Shown piece by piece: positions 1-8,977 of a stretch of DNA of 41,805 nt. The notes beneath the pieces were generated by a model. The model did not search any database and was not told where the DNA came from. It was given only the letters and a program-made list of their open reading frames with translations. The translations under genes and the position numbers were made by a program. Source of the DNA: Conexivisphaerales archaeon (lineage in GTDB: Archaea > Thermoproteota > Nitrososphaeria > Conexivisphaerales > DTJL01); NCBI GenBank assembly GCA_049509455.1, contig JBEKZX010000010.1, forward strand, positions 1 to 41,805, given 5' to 3'. Each line of letters starts with the position of its first letter. Position 1 is the stretch's first letter.

Positions 1-1539
1 CCCATCAGCATGCTGGCCTGCCTCAGGATAGGAGCCATACACTCCGTCATATTCTCGGGCTTCAGCGCCCATTCCGTCGCCGAGCGCGTCAACGACTCGG
101 GAAGCAAGGTGGTCATCACGGCCGACGGCTTCTACAGGAGGGGGAAGCTGGTCGAACTCAAGTCGGTGGTCGACGAGGCCCTGAAGGAGACCTCCACCGT
201 CGAGAAGGTGATCGTCATCAAGAGGGCGAACAGGGAGGTCGAGATGGTCGAGGACAGGGATGTGTGGTACGACGAGATAGAGAAGCCGGCGAAGGCCTAC
301 GTCGAACCCGAGAGGCTCATGGGGATCCATCCCAGCTACATCCTCTACACATCAGGGACGACGGGGACACCCAAGGGCGTCGTCCACAGCACCGCCGGCT
401 ACATGCTCTGGTCCTACTATACGCAGAAGGTCGTCTTCGACGTCCAGGACGACGACATCTATTGGTGCACGGCCGACATCGGGTGGGTCACCGGCCATTC
501 GTATGTAGTCTACGGCCCTCTCCTCAGGGGCGTCACCTCCCTGATGTACGAAGGAGCACCCGACCAGCCGGCCCCCGATAGGTGGTGGGAAATGATCGAA
601 AGGTACGGCGTCACCATACTCTACTCCACCCCCACTTCGATCAGGATGCACATGAAGAACGGCGAAGAGTGGGTGAGGAAGCACGACCTTTCGACGCTGC
701 GGCTTTTGGGATCGGTGGGAGAGCCTATCAATCCCGAGGCCTGGCAGTGGTACTACAAGCTGGTGGGCAACCAGCGGTGTCCCATCGTAGATACATGGTG
801 GCAGACCGAGACGGGCGGAATAATGGTTAGCCCACAGCCGGGCATCGCCCACATACCGCTCAAGGCGGGCTCCGCCACCCTTCCGCTCCCCGGCGTCGAT
901 GCCGACGTGATCAACGAGGAGGGCAAGTCCGCCAAGCCCAACGAGAAAGGGCTAATGGTGATTCGGAAGCCCTGGCCCGGCGAGCTCATGACCATATGGG
1001 AGAACCCCAAGAGGTTCAGAGAGGCCTACTTCAGGAAGGTGCCCGGGGCCTACCTGGCTTCGGACTACGCCATGAAGGACGAGGACGGCTACTTCTGGTT
1101 CCTTGGGAGGGCCGACGAAGTTCTCAAGATAGCGGGCCACAGAATCAGCACCACCGAGCTGGAGGACGTTCTCATCGGCCATCCTGCGGTGGCGGAATCG
1201 GCCGTCATAGGGAAGGCGGACCCCATCAAGATGCAGGTGCCCGTGGCCTTCGTCACGCTGAGGCCCGATTACAAGGGTTCGCCGCAGCTTAGGGTCGAGC
1301 TGATCAACCACGTGCGCCATAACCTGGGTTCGATCGCGGCCCCCGAGAACATATACTTCGTCAGCAAGCTGCCCAAGACGAGGAGCGGCAAGATCATGAG
1401 ACGCCTCCTCGGGGCCATAGTCGAGGAGCGGGCCCTCGGCGATGTGACCACGCTAGAGGACGGGACCAGTATAGAAGAGGCCAAGCAGAGTTACGAAGAC
1501 CTGAAGGCCGAGCTGAAGGAGGCCCTCGCCACCGCCTGA
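1..1539 (+). CDS. acs: AMP-forming acetyl-CoA synthetase, 5'-truncated by the window edge
   Basis: YTSGTTGTPKG, WTADIGWVTGHSY, DTWWQTETGG and LPKTRSGKIMRR motifs; frame is open to base 1. Confidence 0.95.
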   Translation, partial: PISMLACLRIGAIHSVIFSGFSAHSVAERVNDSGSKVVITADGFYRRGKLVELKSVVDEALKETSTVEKVIVIKRANREVEMVEDRDVWYDEIEKPAKAYVEPERLMGIHPSYILYTSGTTGTPKGVVHSTAGYMLWSYYTQKVVFDVQDDDIYWCTADIGWVTGHSYVVYGPLLRGVTSLMYEGAPDQPAPDRWWEMIERYGVTILYSTPTSIRMHMKNGEEWVRKHDLSTLRLLGSVGEPINPEAWQWYYKLVGNQRCPIVDTWWQTETGGIMVSPQPGIAHIPLKAGSATLPLPGVDADVINEEGKSAKPNEKGLMVIRKPWPGELMTIWENPKRFREAYFRKVPGAYLASDYAMKDEDGYFWFLGRADEVLKIAGHRISTTELEDVLIGHPAVAESAVIGKADPIKMQVPVAFVTLRPDYKGSPQLRVELINHVRHNLGSIAAPENIYFVSKLPKTRSGKIMRRLLGAIVEERALGDVTTLEDGTSIEEAKQSYEDLKAELKEALATA

Positions 1540-1615
1540 CCTATCACGAGCGACCCAGTCGATGGGACTCCTGGCAGCCACTACTACGCGGGACAGCATC
1601 CGAATCACATGGTTT

Positions 1616-2068
1616 TCAGCCGGTGGAGTTGTACACCGCTGGATAGGTGTTGATAAGGTCCAGGTTCAAGCGTAGCACGTTCACGTAAGGGTCGCCGAAG
1701 CCGAAGTAGACCCCCTCGATGTTCCTGTCGACGACCGCCTTGAGGGAAGCATAGTCTAGCCCCGTGGAGGCTTGGATGGAGGGTATCTGCGAATAGGCAT
1801 CCTGGAGCGTGATGTCAGGGTCTACCCCCGACGCGGAGTCGTTCCTGGCATGGAAGTAGACCGGCAGCGTGAAGTTGTTATCTATCAGGTTGGAGCCCAC
1901 GCTGTGGCCCCTGTACGTAACGATTTCGCCATTGGCCTGGTAGGGCATGGCCAGCTGGGCAATGCCCGTTATCAGCAGGGGGAAGAAGAGCCCGCATATC
2001 AGGAGCGAAATCAAGGCTAGGCTAAGCACTGGCCGGTAGCTCCCACGTCCCTTCCTTTCATTCGACAT
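1616..2068 (-). CDS. kdpC: K+-transporting ATPase subunit C (short, 150 aa)
   Basis: N-terminal TM helix (FFPLLITGIAQ), QANG..GS.LI, SASGVDPDIT and VNVLRLNL motifs; follows kdpB. Confidence 0.92.
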   Translation of the reverse strand: MSNERKGRGSYRPVLSLALISLLICGLFFPLLITGIAQLAMPYQANGEIVTYRGHSVGSNLIDNNFTLPVYFHARNDSASGVDPDITLQDAYSQIPSIQASTGLDYASLKAVVDRNIEGVYFGFGDPYVNVLRLNLDLINTYPAVYNSTG

Positions 2069-2092
2069 TTCTCATACACCTCTCTATCTTCA

Positions 2093-4291
2093 CTACAGGC
2101 GCACCACCGTGATGGCGATGTCGATCAGCTTGATCCCCACAAAGGGCACTATCACCCCTCCCACGCCGTAGAGCAGGGTGTTCTTGATGAATAGTGACAT
2201 CGTGCTGGACGGCCTGAACGGCACCCCTTTCATGGCTAGTGGGATGAGCATCGGGATGATCACCGCGTTGAAGATAAGCGCTGACAGCACGGCGCTGTGC
2301 AGGTTCAGCTGCAGGATGTTCAGGGCTCCGAGGGCGGGGAGTGAAGTAGCGAACAGCACCGGCATGATGGCGAAGTACTTTGCGACATCGTTGGCTATGC
2401 TGAAAGCCGTGACGGCCCCTCTGGTCATCAACAGCTGCTTCCCCAGCATCACCACATCGATGATCTTGGCCGGGTTGGATTCAAGGTCCACCATGTTGGC
2501 CGCCTCCTTCGCCGCCTGGGTCCCGGTATTCATTGCCAGCCCCACGTCGGCCACGGCCAGGGCCGGAGCGTCGTTGGTACCGTCGCCTATCATGGCGATG
2601 ATCCTGGTCTTCGCTTGTTCCCTCCTAGCGATGGCGTACTTGTCCTCGGGCTTCGCCTGCGAGACGAACTCGTCGATGCCCACTTCCTGTGCGATGCTCC
2701 GGGCCGTGAGAGGCTGGTCTCCTGTTATCATCACGGTCTTGATGCCCATCTTCCTCACGGCCTCGATCTTCTCCTTGATGCCGACCTTCAGGACGTCTTT
2801 AAGCTTGATTATCCCCAGGGCCATCCCGTTCCTCGCTATGGCTATGGGCGTGTCGCCGGCTTCCGACACCTCCTTGACCAGCCGGTCGTAGTCCGCGGGG
2901 CAGGTCCCGAGTATATTCTTGATCGAATCGGGGGCGCCCTTGACTATCTCCTCGCTCCCTTTGTTGATTTCTCCCTCGAGCCCTGCCCTCTTCCTCCTGA
3001 ACCTCCCCCTCTCCTGGAAACCCTTCCCTCCCTTGGGTAGAAGGAAGCCGTTTCCGCCCGCAAGCTTCACGCCGCTCATGCGGGTCGACGCCGAAAACTC
3101 CTGGAACTCGGCGAGGGCGAGGTTGTTGAGCTCCGACGGTATGAAGCCGAGTTCGTAGGACAGCCTGATGATGCTCCTCCCTTCCGGGGTGTCGTCATGC
3201 CAGGAAGCGAGGAAGGCGGCCTCCCCTACCTCGGTCTCTGTGTGCCCCTCGAATGGCATGAACTCTACGGCCTGCCTGTTCCCCACCGTAATGGTGCCAG
3301 TCTTGTCCAGGAGGACCGTGTCGGTGTCGCCGGCCGTCTCGACGGACCTCCCCGACTTGGCCACCACCTTCTTGGCGTATAGGCGAGATATGCCCGATAG
3401 GCCGATGGCCGGCAGAAGGGCCCCTATCGTCGTAGGGAGGAGGCAGACGTAGAGCGCGATGAGCACCGAGAGGTCTGCGCCCAGGTGCAGCACTATGGAG
3501 AGGCCCAGGAGCGAGAAGATGATGATGGTGAAGATTGCCGTCAGCCCGATGAGGACTATGGTGATGGCTTGCTCGTTCGGGGTCCTGGGCCTCTTCGAAG
3601 ACTCCACCAGCCTGATCATCTGACTGATGTACGTGTCCTCAGGGTTGACGGTGACCCTGGCAACAAGGGTGTCGCTTATCACCCTGGAGCCGCCTATCAA
3701 CGGGTCGGTGGGGGCCTTACGCACGGGCGTGGATTCGCCGGTGAGGAGGGATTCGTCCACCATGGCGATCCCTTCCATTACGACCGAATCCATGGCTACG
3801 ATATCCCCCTTCTCCAGCAGCAGCTCGTCGCCCTTCCTCAGGTCTTTAGAGTTGGTCGGGATGATCTCCCTGGTCTCCCCAGCCCCGAGGATGAACTTCT
3901 TTGCCATAACCTCCGCTTCGAGCTTCCTCAGGCTGCTGGCGGTGTTCCTCATCTGAGACTCCGCCAGAGAGTCCGACAGGGTGCTGAACCACACGGTGAT
4001 CAGAAGTATTGAGGCGACCTCTACGTAGAACACCCTTTCGCTGGCGCTCGCCACGAGCGGGAACCCCTGGGGGTATGCCGCCATGGCCGCTACGATGAAG
4101 AAGGTGACCTCCACCAGAAGCATGACGGGATTGGCGGCCAACCTGACGGGGTTTAGCCTAAGGACGGAGTCCACCATCACCCTCCTGTTGATAATGCGCT
4201 TCAGCGACACGAACATCCCTCCGGAATGGGCCACACTCCCTGCGGGGGCCGCTTCCGCGCCAACGACTTCGATCCTGCTGCTGCCTGCCAT
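2093..4291 (-). CDS. kdpB: K+-transporting P-type ATPase subunit B
   Basis: TGES, LLPTTIG, DKTGT phosphorylation site, GDGTNDAPAL and FSIANDVAKYFA. Confidence 0.97.
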   Translation of the reverse strand: MAGSSRIEVVGAEAAPAGSVAHSGGMFVSLKRIINRRVMVDSVLRLNPVRLAANPVMLLVEVTFFIVAAMAAYPQGFPLVASASERVFYVEVASILLITVWFSTLSDSLAESQMRNTASSLRKLEAEVMAKKFILGAGETREIIPTNSKDLRKGDELLLEKGDIVAMDSVVMEGIAMVDESLLTGESTPVRKAPTDPLIGGSRVISDTLVARVTVNPEDTYISQMIRLVESSKRPRTPNEQAITIVLIGLTAIFTIIIFSLLGLSIVLHLGADLSVLIALYVCLLPTTIGALLPAIGLSGISRLYAKKVVAKSGRSVETAGDTDTVLLDKTGTITVGNRQAVEFMPFEGHTETEVGEAAFLASWHDDTPEGRSIIRLSYELGFIPSELNNLALAEFQEFSASTRMSGVKLAGGNGFLLPKGGKGFQERGRFRRKRAGLEGEINKGSEEIVKGAPDSIKNILGTCPADYDRLVKEVSEAGDTPIAIARNGMALGIIKLKDVLKVGIKEKIEAVRKMGIKTVMITGDQPLTARSIAQEVGIDEFVSQAKPEDKYAIARREQAKTRIIAMIGDGTNDAPALAVADVGLAMNTGTQAAKEAANMVDLESNPAKIIDVVMLGKQLLMTRGAVTAFSIANDVAKYFAIMPVLFATSLPALGALNILQLNLHSAVLSALIFNAVIIPMLIPLAMKGVPFRPSSTMSLFIKNTLLYGVGGVIVPFVGIKLIDIAITVVRL

Positions 4292-4309
4292 GTCTCTAGC
4301 TCACTCTCC

Positions 4310-5965
4310 TCACCCTGTGAAGCTCCTCATCCCCTGAAAGAGCGCCAGCAGAGGGCCCAGCGCGAGGAACGGGAAGAAGGTCAGCACCACTAGGATCAGT
4401 ATGCTCCCCACGAGTATCACCGAGAACAGCAGGCTGTCCGTCTTCAGGCCGACTTCGTTGCTCCTCTTCCTACCGATCATGGAGCCCGCGAGGGCCAAGA
4501 GCACCGCTATGGGGACGTAGCGTCCGACGAAGATCACTATGGCCGTGGAGATGTTGAAGAACGGCGTGTTGGCGGCTGCTCCCAGGAAGTCCGATCCGTT
4601 GTTGGCGGCGCTGGAGGTGAACTCATAGAGGATTTCCGTGAAGCCCACAGGTCCGCTGCCCACCCCGATGGCGGCCGCAGCTCCAGTAGCGTAGGCCAGC
4701 ACCGTCGGCACGAGTATTATCAGAGGGTGAATCAGGAAGGCCACCATCACCAGCTTCACGTCTCGGCCCGTGATCTTGATTCCGAGGTACTCCGGGGTCC
4801 TCCCCGTCATCAGCCCCACTATGAATACGGTGATCACGATGTACATTATCATATACATCAGGCCGACGCCCTTGCCGCCTGGTGTGGACTGGATCAGCAT
4901 CCCCATGAAGGCGGCCAGTATGGTCAGAGGGTGCATCGCCCCCAGTGCCGCGTTGACCGAACCCGTGGTCACGGCCGTGGTGACGACCGTCCAGAAGGCC
5001 GAGAAGAAGCCACCGATCCTGGTCTCGATGCCCGCTCCGAGCGGGGTAGAGGGGATGAACCCCAGGGCCAGGTCGATACCGAAGAGCATGTAGGCACCAT
5101 AGAGTATGGGTCGCGCTTCCCGCTTCTTTTTGATAAGCTCGCCGAAGACGAAAATCAAAGCCGTCGGCAACAAGAGCATCAGGGCGATCTGAAAAGCGTC
5201 CGAGATGGCACTGGGGTTCTGGAAGGGATATGCCGAGTTGGCCCCGTAGTAGCCTCCGCCGTTGGTGCCCAGCTGCATTATCGAAACCAGGGATGCCACG
5301 GGACCGACCAAGATCGTTTGAGAGGCCCCCTCTACCGTCGTCACCGTAGTGTACCCGCTCAACGTCTGAGGTACGCCCATTCCCACCAGCACCACAGCGG
5401 CTATGATGCAGAGGGGCAGGAGGATCCGAGTGAGCGACCTCACGAAGTCTACGTAGAAGTTCCCCATGTCCTTGGAGCCGGCCACGAAGCCCCTGACCAT
5501 GGCTATCCCCATGCAGATGCCTGTCGCTGCCGACGTGAACTGGAGGAATTGGATGGCCGTCATCTGGCTGAAGTAGGATAGCGTGCTTTCGCCGGCGTAA
5601 TGCTGGAGGTTGGTGTTGGTCGCGAAGGAGACCACCGTGTTGAATGCGAGGTCCCAGCTCATCCCGGGGAACCCCTGTGGATTGAGAGGAAGGTCACCCT
5701 GGAAGTACAGTATGAGGAAGGCGATGGCCATTTGGACGATGTTGAGGAGGAGTCCCGACAGGAAGTACTCCCTCCAGCCCATCACGTGGCTGGTGTCTAC
5801 GCCCAGTATCCGGTAGATCGAGTTCTCAATGGGGGAGAAGACATTGTCCCAGCGGGTGTGCTCCCTTGTGAAGGTCTTCGTGATGTAGGGGGCCAGGAGC
5901 CGCGCTATCACTACGGTGGCGCCGATTATGAGCGCTGCGATGCCGACGTCGATGGCGGTGGTCAA
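4310..5965 (-). CDS. kdpA: K+-transporting ATPase subunit A
   Basis: Pore-loop motifs TNTNLQHY, LGTNGGGYYGANS, TTGSVN and SSAANNGS; TTG start. Confidence 0.97.
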   Translation of the reverse strand: MTTAIDVGIAALIIGATVVIARLLAPYITKTFTREHTRWDNVFSPIENSIYRILGVDTSHVMGWREYFLSGLLLNIVQMAIAFLILYFQGDLPLNPQGFPGMSWDLAFNTVVSFATNTNLQHYAGESTLSYFSQMTAIQFLQFTSAATGICMGIAMVRGFVAGSKDMGNFYVDFVRSLTRILLPLCIIAAVVLVGMGVPQTLSGYTTVTTVEGASQTILVGPVASLVSIMQLGTNGGGYYGANSAYPFQNPSAISDAFQIALMLLLPTALIFVFGELIKKKREARPILYGAYMLFGIDLALGFIPSTPLGAGIETRIGGFFSAFWTVVTTAVTTGSVNAALGAMHPLTILAAFMGMLIQSTPGGKGVGLMYMIMYIVITVFIVGLMTGRTPEYLGIKITGRDVKLVMVAFLIHPLIILVPTVLAYATGAAAAIGVGSGPVGFTEILYEFTSSAANNGSDFLGAAANTPFFNISTAIVIFVGRYVPIAVLLALAGSMIGRKRSNEVGLKTDSLLFSVILVGSILILVVLTFFPFLALGPLLALFQGMRSFTG

Positions 5966-6027
5966 CCCCTTTCATCTTTCCCCTATCGAGCATAGTCTCC
6001 ACTGAAAGATAGAACGCCTTCCGAGAA

Positions 6028-6324
6028 CTACTCCGACGGCGAGGCGGTCGCGGTCTTCTTCTCGCTTGAGCTATAGGAGCCTCTGTGAGCATGGAGCACG
6101 ATGGAGCTCACCGTGCTCTTCACGCCCAAGGTCTTCATTATCCTGTTCTTCAGGATGTCCCTGAACTCCTCGATGTCAGACGCTGAGACGAGGGTGACAA
6201 TGTCGAACTCCCCGGTCACTTCGTAAAGCTCTTCCACGCATTCCATCTTAGAAAGTGCCTTAATTACGTCGTCCATATACGGAGAGTCGACGAAAATGTC
6301 TACGAACGCAAGTAGTCGACTCAT
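6028..6324 (-). CDS. Stand-alone Lrp/AsnC ligand-binding (RAM) domain protein, no HTH
   Basis: 98 aa with VEELYEVTGEFDIV..V and GVKSTVSSIV, typical of the Lrp C-terminal domain; no room for an N-terminal HTH. Confidence 0.88.
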   Translation of the reverse strand: MSRLLAFVDIFVDSPYMDDVIKALSKMECVEELYEVTGEFDIVTLVSASDIEEFRDILKNRIMKTLGVKSTVSSIVLHAHRGSYSSSEKKTATASPSE

Positions 6325-6357
6325 TCATAGTCATCAAGCCCAAGTTTTCCGGCTGCG

Positions 6358-6365
6358 TTAATATA
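6358..6365 (-). promoter_or_regulatory. Candidate TATA box for the lrp-kdpABC unit
   Basis: TATATTAA on the minus strand about 34 bp upstream of ATG 6324, in GC-rich context. Confidence 0.6.
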
Positions 6366-6453
6366 CATTATGGTTGACGTCGCTAGCCTTCTTCCCAGAA
6401 GATTCCTTATTGGGCTTGAACGCCACCGGCTAACTCCGTCGGCAAGTCCATGC

Positions 6454-6696
6454 CTACTGGGCCCCGGATTGGGCGCCGCCCGATGCCATGACTCCCCTGG
6501 AGGACTTCGAAGCGAAGCCCATGATCGCTATCAGCAAACCGATCACGGCGAGCAGGCCGCCGACGTAGATCCAGGTGGAGCTACCGTTCATCGCGGAGCT
6601 GCCGCCGATTACGTTCGCGCCCTGCAAGGCGAACACCGTGCCGGCCAGCAGCAGCAGGATGCCGACCACGATCGTCGTTGACCTTCGTGCCGACAT
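6454..6696 (-). CDS. Small two-TM membrane protein, unknown function
   Basis: 80 aa with two hydrophobic helices around QGANVIGGSSAMNGSSTW; ATG start with TTATAG about 43 bp upstream. Confidence 0.65.
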   Translation of the reverse strand: MSARRSTTIVVGILLLLAGTVFALQGANVIGGSSAMNGSSTWIYVGGLLAVIGLLIAIMGFASKSSRGVMASGGAQSGAQ

Positions 6697-6841
6697 CTAT
6701 CTCATTCTCTCCATCGGAAACTCAGTCCCCGAGTCCCGCTATAAGAGTCGAGCGAAGGTTCCACATCGACGGCTGCTTTAAGAGGGAACTCCCCCTCGAA
6801 ACTCTTGATCTGTCTGCCTGCAAGGAGACCAGAGGATGGTC

Positions 6842-7516
6842 TCATGGTCCGGTTTCCCCGACCGTCTTCAGTCCAGCGGAAGGGGACGGTGCCGGACTGG
6901 CGTTGAGCCTCCTCTCGCTGAGGTACACATACAGAAAGGTGCCCACGGTCATCGTAAAGAACCCGGAGGCCGACATTAGCAATCCGAACTGGTTCTGCTG
7001 GTATGCCGGGTATGGTGCGAAGAGGTTCGTCCCCCAGACGGAGTACAGGAGCCCCATCATCGAGTTCATGTTGCCGAAGACGAAGATGTAGAGGGCTTTG
7101 AAGGTGCGAGACATGAAGGGCGTGGCCGCGATGAGCAGGATGGCGGTCGCGAAGAACATGGCATGCTCCAGGATGTGGATGGGCTCGTTCCCGGGCAACA
7201 CGGTGAACGTGAAGAATTCGGGGATGTGCCAAAAGTTGAACACTATCATGAAGAGCGCCCCGGCCAGATAGCCGCCTCTGTTCAGCCGGGCCCAGCCAGA
7301 TTTCAAGCGGGCCCATGTTTCATTCCACTCTAGCCCATAGAGCGCTGCCAGACCGTAACCGACGGAAAAGCCTCCGAAGATGATCATCATATGTTGGAGG
7401 TGGTGCACCACCAGGTTGACGTCGGCGATGGCGTCCACGGGCCCAAGGACCGCGATGATCGTCAGAGCCACGCCCACAGAGATGAAGGCCAGCGCCTTCC
7501 TCCTGCTGCGGTCCAT
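6842..7516 (-). CDS. Caa3_CtaG/DUF1404-like His-containing membrane protein (cytochrome oxidase assembly-factor-like)
   Basis: HHLQHMM, FWHIP and HILEH motifs in TM helices; TTATAA about 32 bp upstream. Confidence 0.75.
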   Translation of the reverse strand: MDRSRRKALAFISVGVALTIIAVLGPVDAIADVNLVVHHLQHMMIIFGGFSVGYGLAALYGLEWNETWARLKSGWARLNRGGYLAGALFMIVFNFWHIPEFFTFTVLPGNEPIHILEHAMFFATAILLIAATPFMSRTFKALYIFVFGNMNSMMGLLYSVWGTNLFAPYPAYQQNQFGLLMSASGFFTMTVGTFLYVYLSERRLNASPAPSPSAGLKTVGETGP

Positions 7517-7671
7517 GTCTCCTCATGGGTTTCGCGGGAGGAGTGCATTATAACAATTTGGCAAGTCCGGACTCAGGCCGACGAACCCTTTCTTTACATG
7601 CCCTCCTTGGGCTGCGGCGCCGAACGCACGGTATAAACGGTAGCGGGCACCGAAACCTGGACGAGAAAGGA

Positions 7672-8868
7672 TTGAGCCGCACAGCTCCTCTAGGAGGAAT
7701 CAGGGTCGTCGACCTCACACGAGCCTTGGCAGGCCCCTACTGCACCATGATGCTCGCCGACCTGGGCGCAGAGGTGATCAAGGTGGAGGCCCCCGGAGCG
7801 GGCGACGAATCGCGCTCTTGGGGTCCGCCCTTCGTCAGCGGCGAAAGCGCCTATTTCATGAGCGTGAACCGCAACAAGAAGAGCCTGGCCCTGGATCTGA
7901 GGTCGCCTGAAGGTCGGGGCGTGCTACACAGGCTGGTGGAGGATGCGGACGTGTTCGTCGAGAACTTCAGGCCCGGGACGGCCGCAAGGCTTGGCGCAGG
8001 CTACGCCACCATGAAGAGGCTCAACCCCCGCCTTGTCTACTGCTCCATCTCGGCCTTCGGGCAGACCGGGCCCCGCCGAGGCATGCCCGGCTACGACATC
8101 ATCGCCCTCGCCCTGAGCGGCATGATGAGCATCACCGGAGAGGAAGGGAGGCCTCCCGTCAGGATGGGCGTCCCAGTCTCTGACATAGGAGCGGGGATGT
8201 TCGCTGCCTTCGCTATAGCCGCGTCCCTTCTAAAGCGACTCAAGACCGGAAGGGGGGAGTACATCGACGTAAGCCTCCTGGAAGGCCAGCTTTCTTGGCT
8301 CACTCATCAGGCTGGGTCATACTTCGCCACCGGGGAGGTTCCAAAGAGGACGGGGTCGGCACACCCCTCCATAGCACCATATCAGGCCTTCAAGGCCAGC
8401 GACCTCTATTTCATCGTGGCCGTCGGGAACGACGCCCAATGGCAAGCCTTCTGCGCTGCCCTTTCTCTTCCGGGGCTCCTGACCGACCCACGGTTCGCTA
8501 CGAACTCTCAGCGCGTAAGGAACAGGGAACTCCTGGAGGTTGATCTTATGGGCATCTTCTCCAAGGGGACGGCCTCTCACTGGGTTGGGCTGCTGAACGA
8601 AGCCGGCGTCGCTAGCGCACTCATAAGCTCGCTCGACGAGGCTTTGTCGGACCCCCAGGTCGCAGCCAGGAGGATGGTGCTTGAAATAGACCATCCCAAG
8701 GCCGGGCGGATCAAGCAGCTGGGCTCCCCCTACCGCCTGAGCGGGTCTCGTTTCTCGATTCGGTTGGCCCCGCCCCTCCTAGGGCAGCACACCGACGACC
8801 TATTGCGAGGCCTTGGATACTCGGCCAAGGCGAGAGCCTCGCTGAGAGCCGCAGGTATCGTAGCCTAA
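7672..8868 (+). CDS. CaiB/BaiF class III CoA-transferase
   Basis: PLGGIRVVDLTRALAGPY, LADLGAEVIKVE, NRNKKS and ENFRPG motifs. Start moved to TTG 7672 (GAAAGGA just upstream, TATAAA at 7632-7637). Confidence 0.93.
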   Translation: MSRTAPLGGIRVVDLTRALAGPYCTMMLADLGAEVIKVEAPGAGDESRSWGPPFVSGESAYFMSVNRNKKSLALDLRSPEGRGVLHRLVEDADVFVENFRPGTAARLGAGYATMKRLNPRLVYCSISAFGQTGPRRGMPGYDIIALALSGMMSITGEEGRPPVRMGVPVSDIGAGMFAAFAIAASLLKRLKTGRGEYIDVSLLEGQLSWLTHQAGSYFATGEVPKRTGSAHPSIAPYQAFKASDLYFIVAVGNDAQWQAFCAALSLPGLLTDPRFATNSQRVRNRELLEVDLMGIFSKGTASHWVGLLNEAGVASALISSLDEALSDPQVAARRMVLEIDHPKAGRIKQLGSPYRLSGSRFSIRLAPPLLGQHTDDLLRGLGYSAKARASLRAAGIVA

Positions 8869-8977
8869 GCCTGGCTGGGCCTTTCGAGCCGATTCGTGGC
8901 ATTTTCTCCATCAGCCAGAGCGATTTTAGGCATATTTATTAAGGAAAAGGAGGTCGAACGTTACAGTAAGGCTCAGC

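Noticed and set aside
5966-6027. Possible kdpF or K+/c-di-AMP riboswitch upstream of kdpA
   Set aside because: Only 62 nt; no short hydrophobic ORF and no convincing structure.
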